64,000 bases of DNA from Tubiluchus corallicola (Eukaryota; Animalia; Priapulida), in NCBI GenBank assembly GCA_030141605.1, contig JAQGDQ010000541.1, positions 83,737 to 147,736 of the forward strand. The letters are read 5' to 3'. A program made the position numbers and the translations under genes. The notes beneath the pieces are model-generated. The model was not told where the DNA came from. It worked only from the letters and a program-made list of their open reading frames with translations, and searched no databases. The number at the start of each line of letters is the position of its first letter. Positions within the stretch are counted from its first letter, which is position 1. Positions 12,497 to 25,394 of the stretch are shown one piece after another.

Positions 12497-12571
12497 AGTA
12501 GTAGTAGTAGTAGTAGTAGTAGTAATACTAGTAGTAGTAGTAGCAGTAGCAGTAGCAGTAGCAGTAGCAGT

Positions 12572-12603
<32 letters not shown>

Positions 12604-12850
12604 CAGTAGTAGTAGCAGCAGTAGTAGTAATAGTAGTAATAGTAGAGTAGTAGGAGTAGAAGTAGTAGTAGTAATAGTAGTAGTAGTGGTGGTAGTGGGG
12701 TAGTGTTAGTTGTGTTGGTTTTGGTGTTGGTGGTGTTGATGTTGGTGTTGGTGTTGGTGTTGGTGGTGGTAGTGGTGTTGGTGTTGGTGTTGGTGGTGGT
12801 GGTGGTGTTGGTGGTAGTGTTGGTGGTAGTGTTGGTGGTAGTGGTAGTTG
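12497..12850. repeat. Compound trinucleotide microsatellite (AGT/AGC/GGT/GTT)
   Basis: Visible repeats. Confidence 0.95.
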
Positions 12851-13534
12851 TGTAATTGTAATAGTGACTGCAGTCGAGATTTGTAGCATGCACGAACACA
12901 ACCAACATTAGTGACTTGACGTGTAGGTTTATAAAGTACATTTTAGAGAGTATAATCTGCAGATCTATATCAGATCTAGATAAGGTACATGTTATTACGC
13001 TCGTAATCTGGCTAGGCCCAGGTTGATTTTTGCACCTGTCCATTATTTTTAATTACTTTCTCTGAAATGCACCTGCAATGGGCTTCTTACGTGCGACATG
13101 CAAGATTACAGACAGGTAAATAAAATAACCTATAGAATAAAAATCCTGACATTTTCAGGAATAATTGTTGACAAAATCAGCACCTGTCGCGTGTTTAAAT
13201 GGAGCTTGAAGTTTGCAAATATTTATCGCTGAGATTTTGCAACCAGCCAGATTAAACGCGCAAGTCTAATCCACTTCATGACCAAATCAATCATAAAAAA
13301 GTAATTAGAGAGGAATAGAATTATTAGAACACTAAGTGACGACGTATGTAAAAGTAGAAAGTTATGAGAAAACTGCTTTACAATTTACCAGTTACTTGTT
13401 TCTTTGTCTGTTTGTCTGTCTGCCTGTTTGTTTGCTTGTTTACTATTTTCGCTTTTTTAGTTATTTATACTCATTGACTACCAATTGTATAGACAGCAAA
13501 AGTATCCAAGAAAAAGCTGACAAAAGTCAACTAC

Positions 13535-13715
13535 CATCATCGTTATCATCATCATCATAATTATCGTCATCGTCGTCGTCGTCGTCATCATCATCATCAT
13601 CAGTCATCGTAATCATCATCATCACCATCATCACCATCATATCATCATCGTCGTCGTCATCATCGTCGTCGTCGTCATCCTCATCGTCGTCATCACCATT
13701 ATCATCATCATCATA
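13535..13715. repeat. (ATC/GTC)n microsatellite
   Basis: Visible repeats. Confidence 0.9.
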
Positions 13716-15180
13716 TTAATTATCTAATTATGATAATGATGATTATGCGTGCCGTGCATAAGAACATAACCATCAATACTTTTGTTACTCTCATTATTCT
13801 GAGTAACGCTGGCAAAAATAAACCATAATTTCACTCTGCCCCTGATTTGGGAACAAGAAAACAATGGCGTTCTGGCGTGCCATAACCTCTCATAGAATCT
13901 AACAGTTTCTTTTGCCGACGTGAGTTATTGGTAGGGAATTAACAACACTTTCAAAGACATCAAGATCGTTGTTGTACTAGTATGACGCTATGACGGTCTT
14001 TGTCCGTTCATCTGTGCTTTTTGATTAGAATCGTTCGTTTTCCAGTGCCTAAATTGTTCGGTTAATATAGTTGTTCGCATGCCAGCAAAACGACAAATGA
14101 ATATCGTAAATGTAATTCAATTTTGATCGCCTGGAGAGCAATATAATTTGGTTCGATTACGTTTTTGAGAAACTAGCCTACCAACTTTGCTCGCTTCTGG
14201 TTCCAAAGAGCAAACGAAATCAATACACCGTTAAAACCAAGAAGTGTTTTGTAGACCCAGCGTACAGATCGATTGCTAATATCGGGCTGGCCGCAGCTTC
14301 CGCGACGTAGATTCCAGGATTCTGCAAGACTCTGAAGTGCAGTTTGAAAAACCAGGGTGGCTTTGTGTTTTGATGGTGCTTTAGGCCCAATATTTGGATC
14401 ACATGGTATTCAGTCATCGACGTGGTAAACAAAGCGAATTTACTAACAAAAAATGTGATGGTAAGTTTGACGAAAGTAGATATAAACTTTTAACAATTTA
14501 CTACATTTGCGCTTTTGAAGAATGAGTTTTTCCTGGTTGTTGTTGTCGTTGTTGCTAATCTGTGTTGTTTATTTCGTCACCATTATTTATTCTGTGTTGT
14601 TATTCTTACTGTCGTTGACGCTGCTGCTGCTTTTGTGTTGCCATCGTCATTATGTATTGTGCGTTGTTATTCTTACTGTCGTTGACGCTGTCGCTGTTGT
14701 TGCTTTGTCAGTTTGGATAGTTTGCATGAGTGAAATGACCTTTGGTTGATGCATAAGTGGCAACTTTCCTAAATTATTCATTAGAAATGAGCTGAACATC
14801 AGACTGTAGGCGACCAACTAGAATGTCTGGATTGGTTAGGTTTGGATAGTTTAATCTCTTGTGAGGGATAGCGTTATTTCTTTATTTCGTGTGCGTAATT
14901 TTATTTGCTATTAGCTTACCATACTGCGCTCCACATGGTGTACTGTATCTCTTGTATTCCACGCCCCAATTATTATAATTTTTGCAAGTTAATAATAACT
15001 TTCTTTATTTATAAAAATTTGATCTTTTAAAACGAAGGTATGCACTAATTTCACTGAGTAACACACCTGAAATTACAACATTAGTCCGTGTATGACACGG
15101 TTGTTTGGTTTATTCAGCGCAGTTTATTTATTATCCGAACAAGTTGTGCGCATGTTTGAAGAGCTGCATGGTTTCTTTGA

Positions 15181-15675
15181 AGGAAAGAACAAGAACACAC
15201 TATATTAGGTTTATTTTACTGTTATCACTTAAACTTAGAGAAATACAACAAAGAAATTTGCAAAGAACTGCCTATAAAGCATAAATTTAAAACATACTAC
15301 CACTGAATAGAAATTTTCAGCGTGTGGTTGCAGCAATTCACTTGAAAATCATGACGTAATTGAGAGACTTCGTGACTTTTCGTAAGCACGTCGTGGCTTT
15401 CCGTAAGGGCGAACTGCCTAAACTAATTCAAACTTCTGCAGATTACCTAATGTTCACGCAAAAGTATTACAAAATTAACTTTTCTTCAGGACAAATGACG
15501 TCATTGGAAGAAGAAAGGCATTGAAATGGGAGTGGCCAAGCATGGAGTGATCGCGACTTTAATATAATTTTACTAGTTACACGAGACGCTAATTGCAGTT
15601 TTATTACTAAATCCTTCTAACATTTTTCGTGAACTTTGAAATAAGCCTAACTTCTTAGAAGGGTTAGCCTTTCCT
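15181..15675 (+). mobile_element. Kolobok-like MITE, copy 1
   Basis: aggaaag...ctttcct termini with ttga/ttaa flanks; homologous to 19835-20371 and, inverted, to 26628-27124. Confidence 0.75.
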
Positions 15676-16215
15676 TTAATATCGTTTATCGTTCCTTGGT
15701 TGTAAAGCTCACAGATGAGCCTCACTTGGCCTTGCATTCCCGTTATCTGGTCAACAATCAGCACAGATCAATTCCGTAAATTATCTTTAAGTGGTTTAGC
15801 CCATAGAGCGCAGCTGATGTAGGACAGTCAGAGGTCTCACTAGTGCCTAGTAGAACATTAATCAGCTTCTCCCTTAGGAAGCGATTCCATGACGGTAAGT
15901 AAGGGGTGCTGTTGCTTCAGCTTTTACATTGTCAGAAATTTTAAAACCTCAAGCATAACGACATAGACACAGTGCTATAAGATCACACATTTTTAATCTT
16001 ACCGTTTGCAAATAAGATTTTTTTCGCGAATTGTTTGGTTTCGAAGGTGAATAGTCGTTTCGATCATATGAAAACCTAACTTAGATATCAAGGTAACTTA
16101 GTAATCAAGGTATGCAAGTGTATCTCACTAAATATATAAGCTCAGATAATGAGCTTCACCTGTCCAAATGTTAACAAGCAATTAAAACAACTACGTTTGC
16201 AGTAATTCCTTTAAC

Positions 16216-16425
16216 TAGCGTTTATGTAGCATCCGGAATGCGTATGCGTTATGCGGATGCGGAATACATAAAATCGGTTTATACTGTTTTCAATGAACCC
16301 GTTTATCTGGCCTGCGTTATGCGTTATTTTTTCTGCAGCTGTCTATTCCTATTGATTTTTGTCCGCAGTTATTCTGCAGGTGCGCGTAACGCATAACGCA
16401 TTCCAGATGCTACTACATAAACGCC
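16216..16425. mobile_element. Foldback/MITE-like element
   Basis: gcgtttatgtagcatccggaatgcgt...acgcattccagatgctactacataaacgc imperfect inverted termini. Confidence 0.6.
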
Positions 16426-19400
16426 ACTTTATTCGTGGCTTGCCTTTCTCTCAGGCTATAATTTTGGTTAATTTGTACTGAGTCTACTGATGCTCCGTCA
16501 TTTGTTGGCGGAGTATAAAGTTACTCAGGTATTCATGTTAGTATAAAGTTACTCAGCTATTACTTGAGTAATCTGTTGTCGTAAGTCTATTTACAATACA
16601 CGACCTGCACAAGAAAACCTGAAATTGATTAGAAAGGAGATGTTTTGTATAAGTCTTATGTCACGCGTTAATAAAACCTAGGCCAGGTTCAGAAATTTTA
16701 TGAGCTTAAATAGGATCACCTTGGAAGTTGTCGGAAACTCATTTCCGAAGTAAACAAATTTCTATTTGCTCTCTATAAATAACTGTAGGAAGTACTTAGA
16801 GAAAAATTACGTAATTACTTCTGTAGTTTTATTGTGCAGTATGTATATAGGAAAACTGTCTTATCACATCATTAACCGTGTAATAGTTTAATGAATAAGA
16901 CTGGGAAAAGGTCCGAGGCAGGAAATAATTCATTGGGAAAAACCTGACGGCCGTGACAGCAGTCGGTGCAGGTTTTTCCCCACGTTAAGAAGCAAAGCTA
17001 TCTCTTAACTTAATATGTGCTAACTCTAGTTAAAGGGAAGCTAGTTTTTCCCCCAAGTACAGGAGCCGGTTTTCCTCGTGTAATAAAGACACTAAGTGTC
17101 CCATGATGACACATTGAATTGTTGATTTCGTAACGTTGACTAACACTATTTTTGTTTTATTTACAGGTCATGTTGTGAAGTTATTATGTTGTTATGTTAT
17201 GTCGTTACATATGTAGTCATAACGTAAATAAGTACATCATGATGTTTTAACTCATTTCTTTATTGCTTTCATTTACGAATATATAGGGGTGACACGGCAA
17301 TGGACATCAAACACTAATAATCAACCTTTCGAGAATAAATTTTAGATAAAACATTTAGTTTGATACATCGACTCTCCCACTTTTTCTGAGCTAAACACGA
17401 AACAAGCGAGATCTGGAAATCAAAATAAATTCCCCGTTCTCGACATGATACCAGATTTTATTCTTGTTCGCGACAGAAGTACCTAGGTGGTTATTTTCTT
17501 TGCAGTGATTCTTATAAATTTTAGCACCTAATTAATAATTTCCTACATTTTGTTAAGGTAAACAAGTAAGTTTATTAGTCTATCACCATTTTTTATAATA
17601 CCAAAATGCATAATTAAGTGATTTATAATTCTATATAACATTAAATACTATTAGAAATTGCAAAAGTGATTATTGATTAGAGTGGTGAAAGGGTGACGAC
17701 GAAATTATGAGTTATCGATCTCAGCCACCCTCTCAGAAAATCTTACTAATATAATTAATTAATTCGCATGTTCCAAGTAACTAAAAATTATCAGATTTTA
17801 CATTTAAAACGGTTGTTGTAAAATTATGATACCAAAGTTTTAGTTTCTTATACAACAATGTTCAGTCACGGGAAAGACCTTGTTTCATCACCCATTGACA
17901 ATATGCACGTTCTTTCTCGCTTCTGAACGCGGGACGCCAGAGGCTTTGAAGGTGGTCGCCTATAGAATCCATTACTATTGCAATCTGATGTTTAAAACTT
18001 TTAGAAAGTGACTTAGAATACAGAATTAAAGCCATGACATGATCACGGGTGGTTACTGCTAAAAGTTTTTAATTCAATATTTGCGTGTTTTGTAATCTGG
18101 GAATTTTAAATTGACTTTCTTAGTCTGTTTTTACTTCATGCAACGTTTACAAGTAAAATAGTTCAGTATAGCTTGCATCACACGCCGAAAGAATTTTGTC
18201 CATTCACTCCAATCAGTCAAAATCTGAGTAGTTTTGAAGCATTCTTCTGTTTTTTGTGTCTTTGAGCACTTGAACAATAAACATAGATGGAAGTAGTTGG
18301 CCAATGTAGACGCAAGTACAGTGATATGTGAGATGTACAATGAATAGTATCTTCACCTTCTTTAGAATCTTAGTGGGACATTGGTCTTATTTGAAGACGC
18401 TACAATTTGAACTGCCTTCGAACTATTTGCATGTATGTGTTTTCAGAAATGAGTTCACGAACGTAAATTTTCCTAATATTGTCAATGTATTTGAAAACGA
18501 ACACACGTTTAAAATTTATTATGGTGTATTGAAGTTAAATAGGGATTGAGTAACATTATTTTAAGCCTAGGCCACTGTCTTTCGTCAAGCAAAAATTAAT
18601 CATTCGTAAAGTTTCCACCAATACATGATTAGAGATTATTCTGATTTGTTATCTACAGCATTGTATTTTTATGACAGTAATACATAGACATAAAATTGGT
18701 GTACTTAGCTATATAGCACGTTGCTTTTATTTTATCTTTGTTGTTCTCGACGTGTCATTTTGGTAACGTCTTTTTTGGGCTACAGTTTTTTTCTTATTGC
18801 CCAATATTATAGTGTATTTATCTCGAATTATAGTCAAGCAACTAACTAACTAACTATGAGGCTGATACATGCACACAATGTATAAATATGGGAGAATCTC
18901 TGGAACACAATCTTCAGTATTGTAGCTTTTGTAGACACATTTTTATCGCAAGTCTCGCAATGGAGAATGTGTCATCTCCTTTTCTATCTACAATCTATTC
19001 CTCCGTTTAATTGTATGTTGTCAAGTGCAATTATACGCATATTTGAAATGAGCAATTCCTTACTTAGTTTGTTTTACGACCTTTATTCTGGCATGCATGT
19101 GGTAAAATGCAAAAACGGAGTTATAAGCTCTGTTAAATGAGACAGCAATACATCTCTAACTTGTCATCAGCGGGGAAAAATCGATATCGATCATGTCTCT
19201 TTTTAAGATTAATCGCCAGTCGTTAAAGCGAGTCAAAACGATTCCCCTCTGGGAGTTGCACAGTTTTACAAACGGCCAACAGAAAGTGAAAACTTGGAAA
19301 ACTGGGATAAATTTGGAAAAATGCCAAGAACTGGACAGGAAATTTGCATGAAATATGAGATTATTTAAAGTGAAGTCATTAGACGAAAATAGATGCCTCG

Positions 19401-19429
19401 GGGTAGGAGTTGTCAATTTTCCTATTTTC

Positions 19430-19431
<2 letters not shown>

Positions 19432-19511
<80 letters not shown>

Positions 19512-19552
19512 TCCCTCTCTGTCTGACTCTGTCTCTCTCTCATCCTCTCTCT
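19432..19552. repeat. (CT)n microsatellite
   Basis: Visible repeats. Confidence 0.95.
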
Positions 19553-19834
19553 TTTTGTTTTTTGTCATTTTTTTCTTTTTCTCTCTCGCCCTATCTTTCC
19601 TTCTCTCCTCCCTTCTGTTTCTCTACTGCAATTATGAAATGCTCACAGAATCACATATGGCCAACTCTAGAGTTTGGGTCGTTTCAAAGGTAAAATTGTA
19701 GCCCAATTCAAACTGATTGGCTAATTTGTAGAGTTATAGGAAGAGGCAACCCTGGAAAAACATTCATTGTTTGCAGCGTATTATTAATATACAATTAAAA
19801 ATGTTGAAATTACCATAAATATTCGCCCGTAGTC

Positions 19835-20371
19835 AATCACTATCTTGGGTTTATTATACTGATATCACTTAAATTTAGAAAAATATAATAAACAAATTTG
19901 CAAAGAACTGCCTATAAAGTATTAATTTAAAATATACTACCTCTGAATAGAAATTTTCAGGCGTGGAGGTTGGAGCAATTCACTTGTAAATCATGACGTA
20001 ACTAGGAGACTTCGTGGCTTTCCGTGAGCGCGTCGTGACTTTCCGTAAGCACGCGCCGCTTAAACTAATTCAAACTTCTGCAGCTTACCTAATGCTCACG
20101 TAGAAATATTACAAAATTAGCTCCCCAATGTTTTTATAAAAACTTATTATACTTTTGATGAAGATTGACAATGCGCTACTTTTCTTTAAGACGAATGACT
20201 TCATTGGTAGAATAACGGGCATTGAAAATGGGAGCGCCCAAGCATGAAGAAATCGCGACTTTAAAATGATTTTACTAGTTACACGACAATCTTATTGCAG
20301 TTTTACTACAATCTAACATTTTTCGCGAACATTGAAACAGGCTTAATTTCCCAGAATGGTTGGCATTTTCT
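19835..20371 (+). mobile_element. Kolobok-like MITE, copy 2 (left end eroded)
   Basis: Colinear similarity to 15195-15675. Confidence 0.72.
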
Positions 20372-21249
20372 TTAAAAATTTGAAACTATATTTCAAGAAT
20401 TTATATGTGCTTCCCTGTTTGTAATTTGATATTTGTAAATGTAAAATGAAATTAAAATATTCTCTGTTACCATGATATAACTTAAAAGACTAACATGTTT
20501 TAGGGTGATCAACACTCAATACACTTTCTCATCAACGACATTGATTTCTGTCGGCCATCTTGAAACGGTAGCGCCACCTCTTATAGCACGAATTTTGCTA
20601 GTTCTTCCATTCTTACACTTTTTGCACTTGGAAATACATTTTTGTAAAAATGTGAAATTTTGGGCACTAGATTAAAAATTTGTCAGCTCCTCGTCGTTCT
20701 AGGTGATTTTTTAGTTACCTTGCTAGCTCTCTAATTACCAATCGGCACCTGTGACAAGTTTTCACATATTCACTTACTTAGATCTCAGGATGCGTTCCCT
20801 AAGCAAAACAAATTAAGCAGCTAAATGAAAAGGCCTCGAGCATAATTTGACATTAATAACGTAATAATATCGTTGATTATCTACAGGATCATGTTGCTCA
20901 GGTAGATCCTAATGAACTATTGTTCCATCAAGCTATTATTGGCTCTCAGGAAGAGACTGTGCCAAAGGTGCTTGGAAGTATAGTGTGTCAGGCTTAGCAT
21001 GCATTTTTTGTTTCTCTAAAAGCCATATTAAACATGTCTGTTTTATATGATGATGATCGATTACTGTTATATTAAACTCCAAAATTAGCTATTATCACTA
21101 GGCAGGGGATAGCCAGGTAGTAAAGTAAGGGGAAGAAAGCACGTAAAAAGAGGCGCCGTGACAAGTACCGAACCATTTTTAACTTATTCATTACACATTT
21201 CAGTTCTGTGTATAAAATCGAAACACAAGGAAGATACTGTTTTAAATGC

Positions 21250-23400
21250 ATTATATCGTTATTGCTCTGAAGCGTCAGTGTCCTTTAGAAGTAGAGAATT
21301 TATCAAAAGACCTTAGAGACTTACACGGCGAATTTAAGTCTGTGTAAATTCCTCAGCATCATATAAATCAATGTAAACAGTGTCTAGATATTATGAGCTT
21401 AAGAGATGGGGATAAAACTCTGTGGGCAAAAAGTAATTGCTCGGGCGAGATGAAGTAGAAAAAACCTGCAAACGGCCCAAGTGCTGCTGAACTTGCTGGT
21501 CATTTTAGTAAATTATGTTCATTACAAGAAGCAAAGTCAGCTGTTGATTTGGTGCAGAACAATAATTTGCCATACAACCCTATCCTAGATAATCGGATTA
21601 CATTAATTGAAATGGACAACGTAGTGAACAAAATGAAAAGAGGTGGTTTTGATTTTTCCGTACGCATACTAAAAAGTTCATATCATGTGCTGTACCCAGT
21701 ACTGTTAGTTTTAATGAACCTAATCTCACAGCCCTAATAAAAAAAGGGTGATCTATCGCTGCCTAAAATCACAGAGGCATACAAATGTTGTCACTACTAG
21801 CAAGCAACGACAGGATTATTGCAAATCACCTGAAGTTATGGCTACCCAACCGAGAAGTACAAACAGCCTTTCAAAAAGGCAGGTCATGTGTCGACCATGT
21901 CTCTATGCTACGGTTAATTATCTCAATTGCACAGAAACTGAAAATTAAACTTTATGTTGCCTTGATGGACCTTGAAAAGGTTTTCGATAAAGTACCTAGA
22001 TGCATCTTGCTAAATAAATATGTAAAATTGGGTATCCATCACGTGATGTATGAAGCCATTAGGTCTATGCATTTATTCACGCAATGTATTTTAAACTTTA
22101 ATGGTCAATATTCCTATTGTTCTGAACCATTCTCTGGCATTCGACAAGGTACAGCGTCATCAGTTTTACTTTTCAACGCTTTCTTTGATGACATGTCAGA
22201 TTATTTACAAACGAACTGTAATTCAGAAATGCTTTTACTTGATCTGCATTGTCTTGTTCATGCTGATGATACTGCCACCTTAAGTACTGATAGATCTTTA
22301 TTTTTAAACACAAGTATAAAGCTGCTGAAAATTATTTTTGTGACAACGGCATTATACTAAATGCTGCCAAATCTAGCTTCTTTGTAATAGGCAAGGATAA
22401 TGAAGATGATATGCGTTTTGTTCAGTTAAACAAGGGGGTGTTTAAATACAAAGATGAACAAGTATATTTAAGCGTCGTCTGCACAGATAAAGGTAATTAC
22501 TGTGTTGAAGCGTAATGGGATACGAAGCATTTAATGTTAACGTTAGATTTGTCAACTTTGTGACACGGCATCGTAATGCTCCTTTTGATGTAAAAATGAA
22601 AGTTTTAAATGCTTGTGTTACTTCATCACTTTGTACTCTGCTGAAAGCTGGAGTAGTGCTGCTCTTACTAAACTAGAGAATTTACATAGAAAAGCATTAA
22701 AAACTGCTTTAGGTAAAAAATCAGAACACTATTAACGAGATGGTGTAATACTGAAAGTGACAGCAAACCTCTGTCTGGAAAAGTTAGATCACTGCAGCTT
22801 AATTATTGGTTAAAGATCAGTAAATATTGTCGTGATAACCCTGATAATCATATCTGTAGACTTTCAAAAATTGTTCATAGAGAACGCACCAAATATGTTC
22901 AACATTACGAGAACAATGAGCTTCGAATTTTCTGTACTGGTAGTAAAATGAAGACTTATTTTGATAGCAAATATATAGAAAATGTCCGCCAAAGACTTCT
23001 TGCGTTCAGAAATGACCCAGACTCGAAACAGGGTGTACATTGTAGTATAAACCCTGAGTTAACCAAACCCTCGTTACTTTATGATAACATCATTCTTACC
23101 GAACATTACAGGATAATCATTTCAAGATTCAAGTGAGTAGGAAATCACCATCTACCAATTGAGACTGGCAGACGGGAAGATAGAATATGTCAGTTTCGTG
23201 ATTTGAATGTAGTACGGTTGAATGAAGGGTTGTTCAGACCCTTACGCATACGGTCTTAGAATGTTCCGAAACTAAATATGCTGACTGTGTTGAACATATC
23301 AACGGTTTTATAACACAACTTTCTGTAAACAAAGCCAAATATTTGTATAAACTTGATAAAGCTTGTGGAAATAATGATCTTTAATTAATTTTCAAACACA
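21250..23400 (+). mobile_element. Degenerate LINE (RT domain plus C-terminus)
   Basis: ORF 21785-22360 has QTAFQKGRSCVDH, DLEKVFDKV, GIRQG and HADD; downstream frameshifted fragments include ..HHLPIETGR. Boundaries are approximate. Confidence 0.85.
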
Positions 23401-23478
23401 TGTAAATCTTCACGATTGCAATTAATATCACACTAAAATTATATTTCATGTAGTGATGCGTCTCGCCTGCGAATGGAC

Positions 23479-23620
23479 AAATTGTTTTACATGTTATACT
23501 ATGTTTTACCATTTTACTTGGGTGTAGAAAATGCTGAGTTTGTCAATATATATTGACAAATTCAGCATTTTCTACACCCAAGTAAAATAACAAAACATAG
23601 TATAACATATAAAAAAATTG
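23479..23620. repeat. ~140-bp near-perfect palindrome
   Basis: Arms centred on tgtcaatatatattgaca (23541-23558). Confidence 0.9.
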
Positions 23621-23656
<36 letters not shown>

Positions 23657-23787
23657 TAGATAGATAGATAGATAGATAGAGTTAAAATTAAAACACAATA
23701 AAAAGTTACAGTAAGCTCATAAATCTCAAAACATAATAAAAACGTGTGTGTTATTATGAAAACATATATATATATATATAAATATAT

Positions 23788-24140
23788 TGTAACGGATCCG
23801 GGTCCTTTTCAGGCGCCGATCCGTCTCCTCAGAATGTATCGAGCGGCATACAAGTTATGAAAGTATTACAGCAGACGAGAAAAGTAAAAAGAGTACGAAT
23901 GCAAAATAAATTAAACTTTATTGCACAACCGGTAACTCCAAAAGAATGACATGTGAACAGACTTTTGTATAAAAAAATCAGCAAACCTACAGCAATCACC
24001 TTTACAGACAGAAAGGCCAGGTTGGAATCGTCAAATTACGGCATGCATTCTGTTTTATACAGGTACATTTGCATTACTGGGCTTCTCGACTATACCCATT
24101 ACTAACATTATGGGGTTAGTCAAAACCCGTCTTCGTAACA
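23788..24140 (-). repeat. 3' LTR (353 bp)
   Basis: Direct repeat of 25714-26065; TATAAAA and AATAAA on the minus strand. Confidence 0.93.
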
Positions 24141-24520
24141 CTACCCCTTCCTCAATTTCCATTTGTCCACAAATGAGTTACAGCAAATGCAAATGCAATT
24201 AAATTGTACTCTAGTTGAACCCAACAAAAGTCATTCAAAGTTGAGCAAATCAGTTTAACAAAATAATCAAAATTGTAAACAGCACTAGTACAAATATGTA
24301 AAAACCCGGCTTTAGCAAATCTATCCAGGTTTATGACAGCATAAAACTGAAAACGGTGAGTTGATAATCCTTTTTCCTGTGGGAACAGATCAATGATCCA
24401 CTTCTTGTGAGTGCAGTGTAGCGCCATCTAGCGAGACTGTCCCAAAAAACAATACAGTCAGTCTTTAAACAGAAACCAGTCTTTGCACATCACGCTATCG
24501 GCAAAACAGGCCTTGAAACG

Positions 24521-24706
24521 AAAAAAACATTCTACTAGTTACTTCCGAGGCACTGAGACAACCTCTATGATGTGGTACATTGTGAACAGTCTATAGAAGT
24601 TCTCCTGGGGCGTCGGTAGGGATTCGAACCATCTGTCTGCCCGGTGAAATAAAGTAGTTGCGATACTTGCGAAGGTGTAGGGTACTCCAGCCATGTGCTA
24701 CAACGG
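24521..24706 (-). ncRNA. Putative Pol III unit: tRNA-like (Gly-like) region plus 3' hairpin plus T7 terminator
   Basis: A-box-like TAGCACATGG, B-box GGTTCGAATCC, CGTTG/CGACG acceptor-like pairing, hairpin at 24555-24604 and T7 at 24521-24527. Confidence 0.5.
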
Positions 24707-25100
24707 TATTGTACTCCTAGCCATAAACCATGTCTTTGACGGTACTCCATAATAGACTCGTGTCCGTCATAATAGACTCGTGTAGCAATCGAAGTTTCGA
24801 CCTGTCTTCCCTGAGTGAACGAAATAGGCATACTGACAAGCTTACTGCAACAGACTCGGCACATAAAGAGGAATAAAGACGAAACAAATTTACAAACAAG
24901 GTACTGCTGTACAACAACAACAGCAAAGTAGAGAAAAACGATTAATCTTTTTAAACTGCTTCAACGTTCTGGCTTCGCAAAAGCTACCGAAAACCGGTTC
25001 AACTTTGACCAGTGACGTACAGTTAAAAAGACGAGCATCAAGTGTTCACAACTGCATAATCTTAGCTAGCTGAACACAACAGAGCCCCATGTTGAAAAGC

Positions 25101-25394
25101 GTGTTCTGGCATCCTAGCCATTACGGAACACTAAACTACCATTTAAAAACAGTGTTCTGGCAACCTAGCCATTACGGAACACTAAACTACCATTTAAAAA
25201 CAGTGTTCTGGCAACCTAGCCATTACGGAACACTAAACTACCATTTAAAAACAGTGTTCTGGCATCCTAGCCATTACGGAACACTAAACTACCATTTAAA
25301 AACAGTGTTCTGGCATCCTAGCCATTACGGAACACTAAACTACCATTTAAAAACAGTGTTCTGGCATCCTAGCCATTACGGAACACTAAACTAC
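25101..25394. repeat. 51-bp tandem repeat x6, each unit a stem-loop
   Basis: Units start at 25101, 25152, 25203, 25254, 25305 and 25356; core gtgttc-tggc-a(t/a)ccta-gcca-ttacg-gaacac. Confidence 0.95.

Noticed and set aside
23788-23835. Hammerhead ribozyme (retrozyme) in the LTR: minus-strand CTGAGGAG...GAAA
   Set aside because: Stem II does not pair as required and there is no stem III/UH site. The segment folds better as a terminal hairpin with a GAAA tetraloop.
25101-25394. CRISPR-like array of palindromic repeats
   Set aside because: The linkers are identical rather than unique spacers, there are no cas genes, and the context is eukaryotic; it is a tandem repeat.
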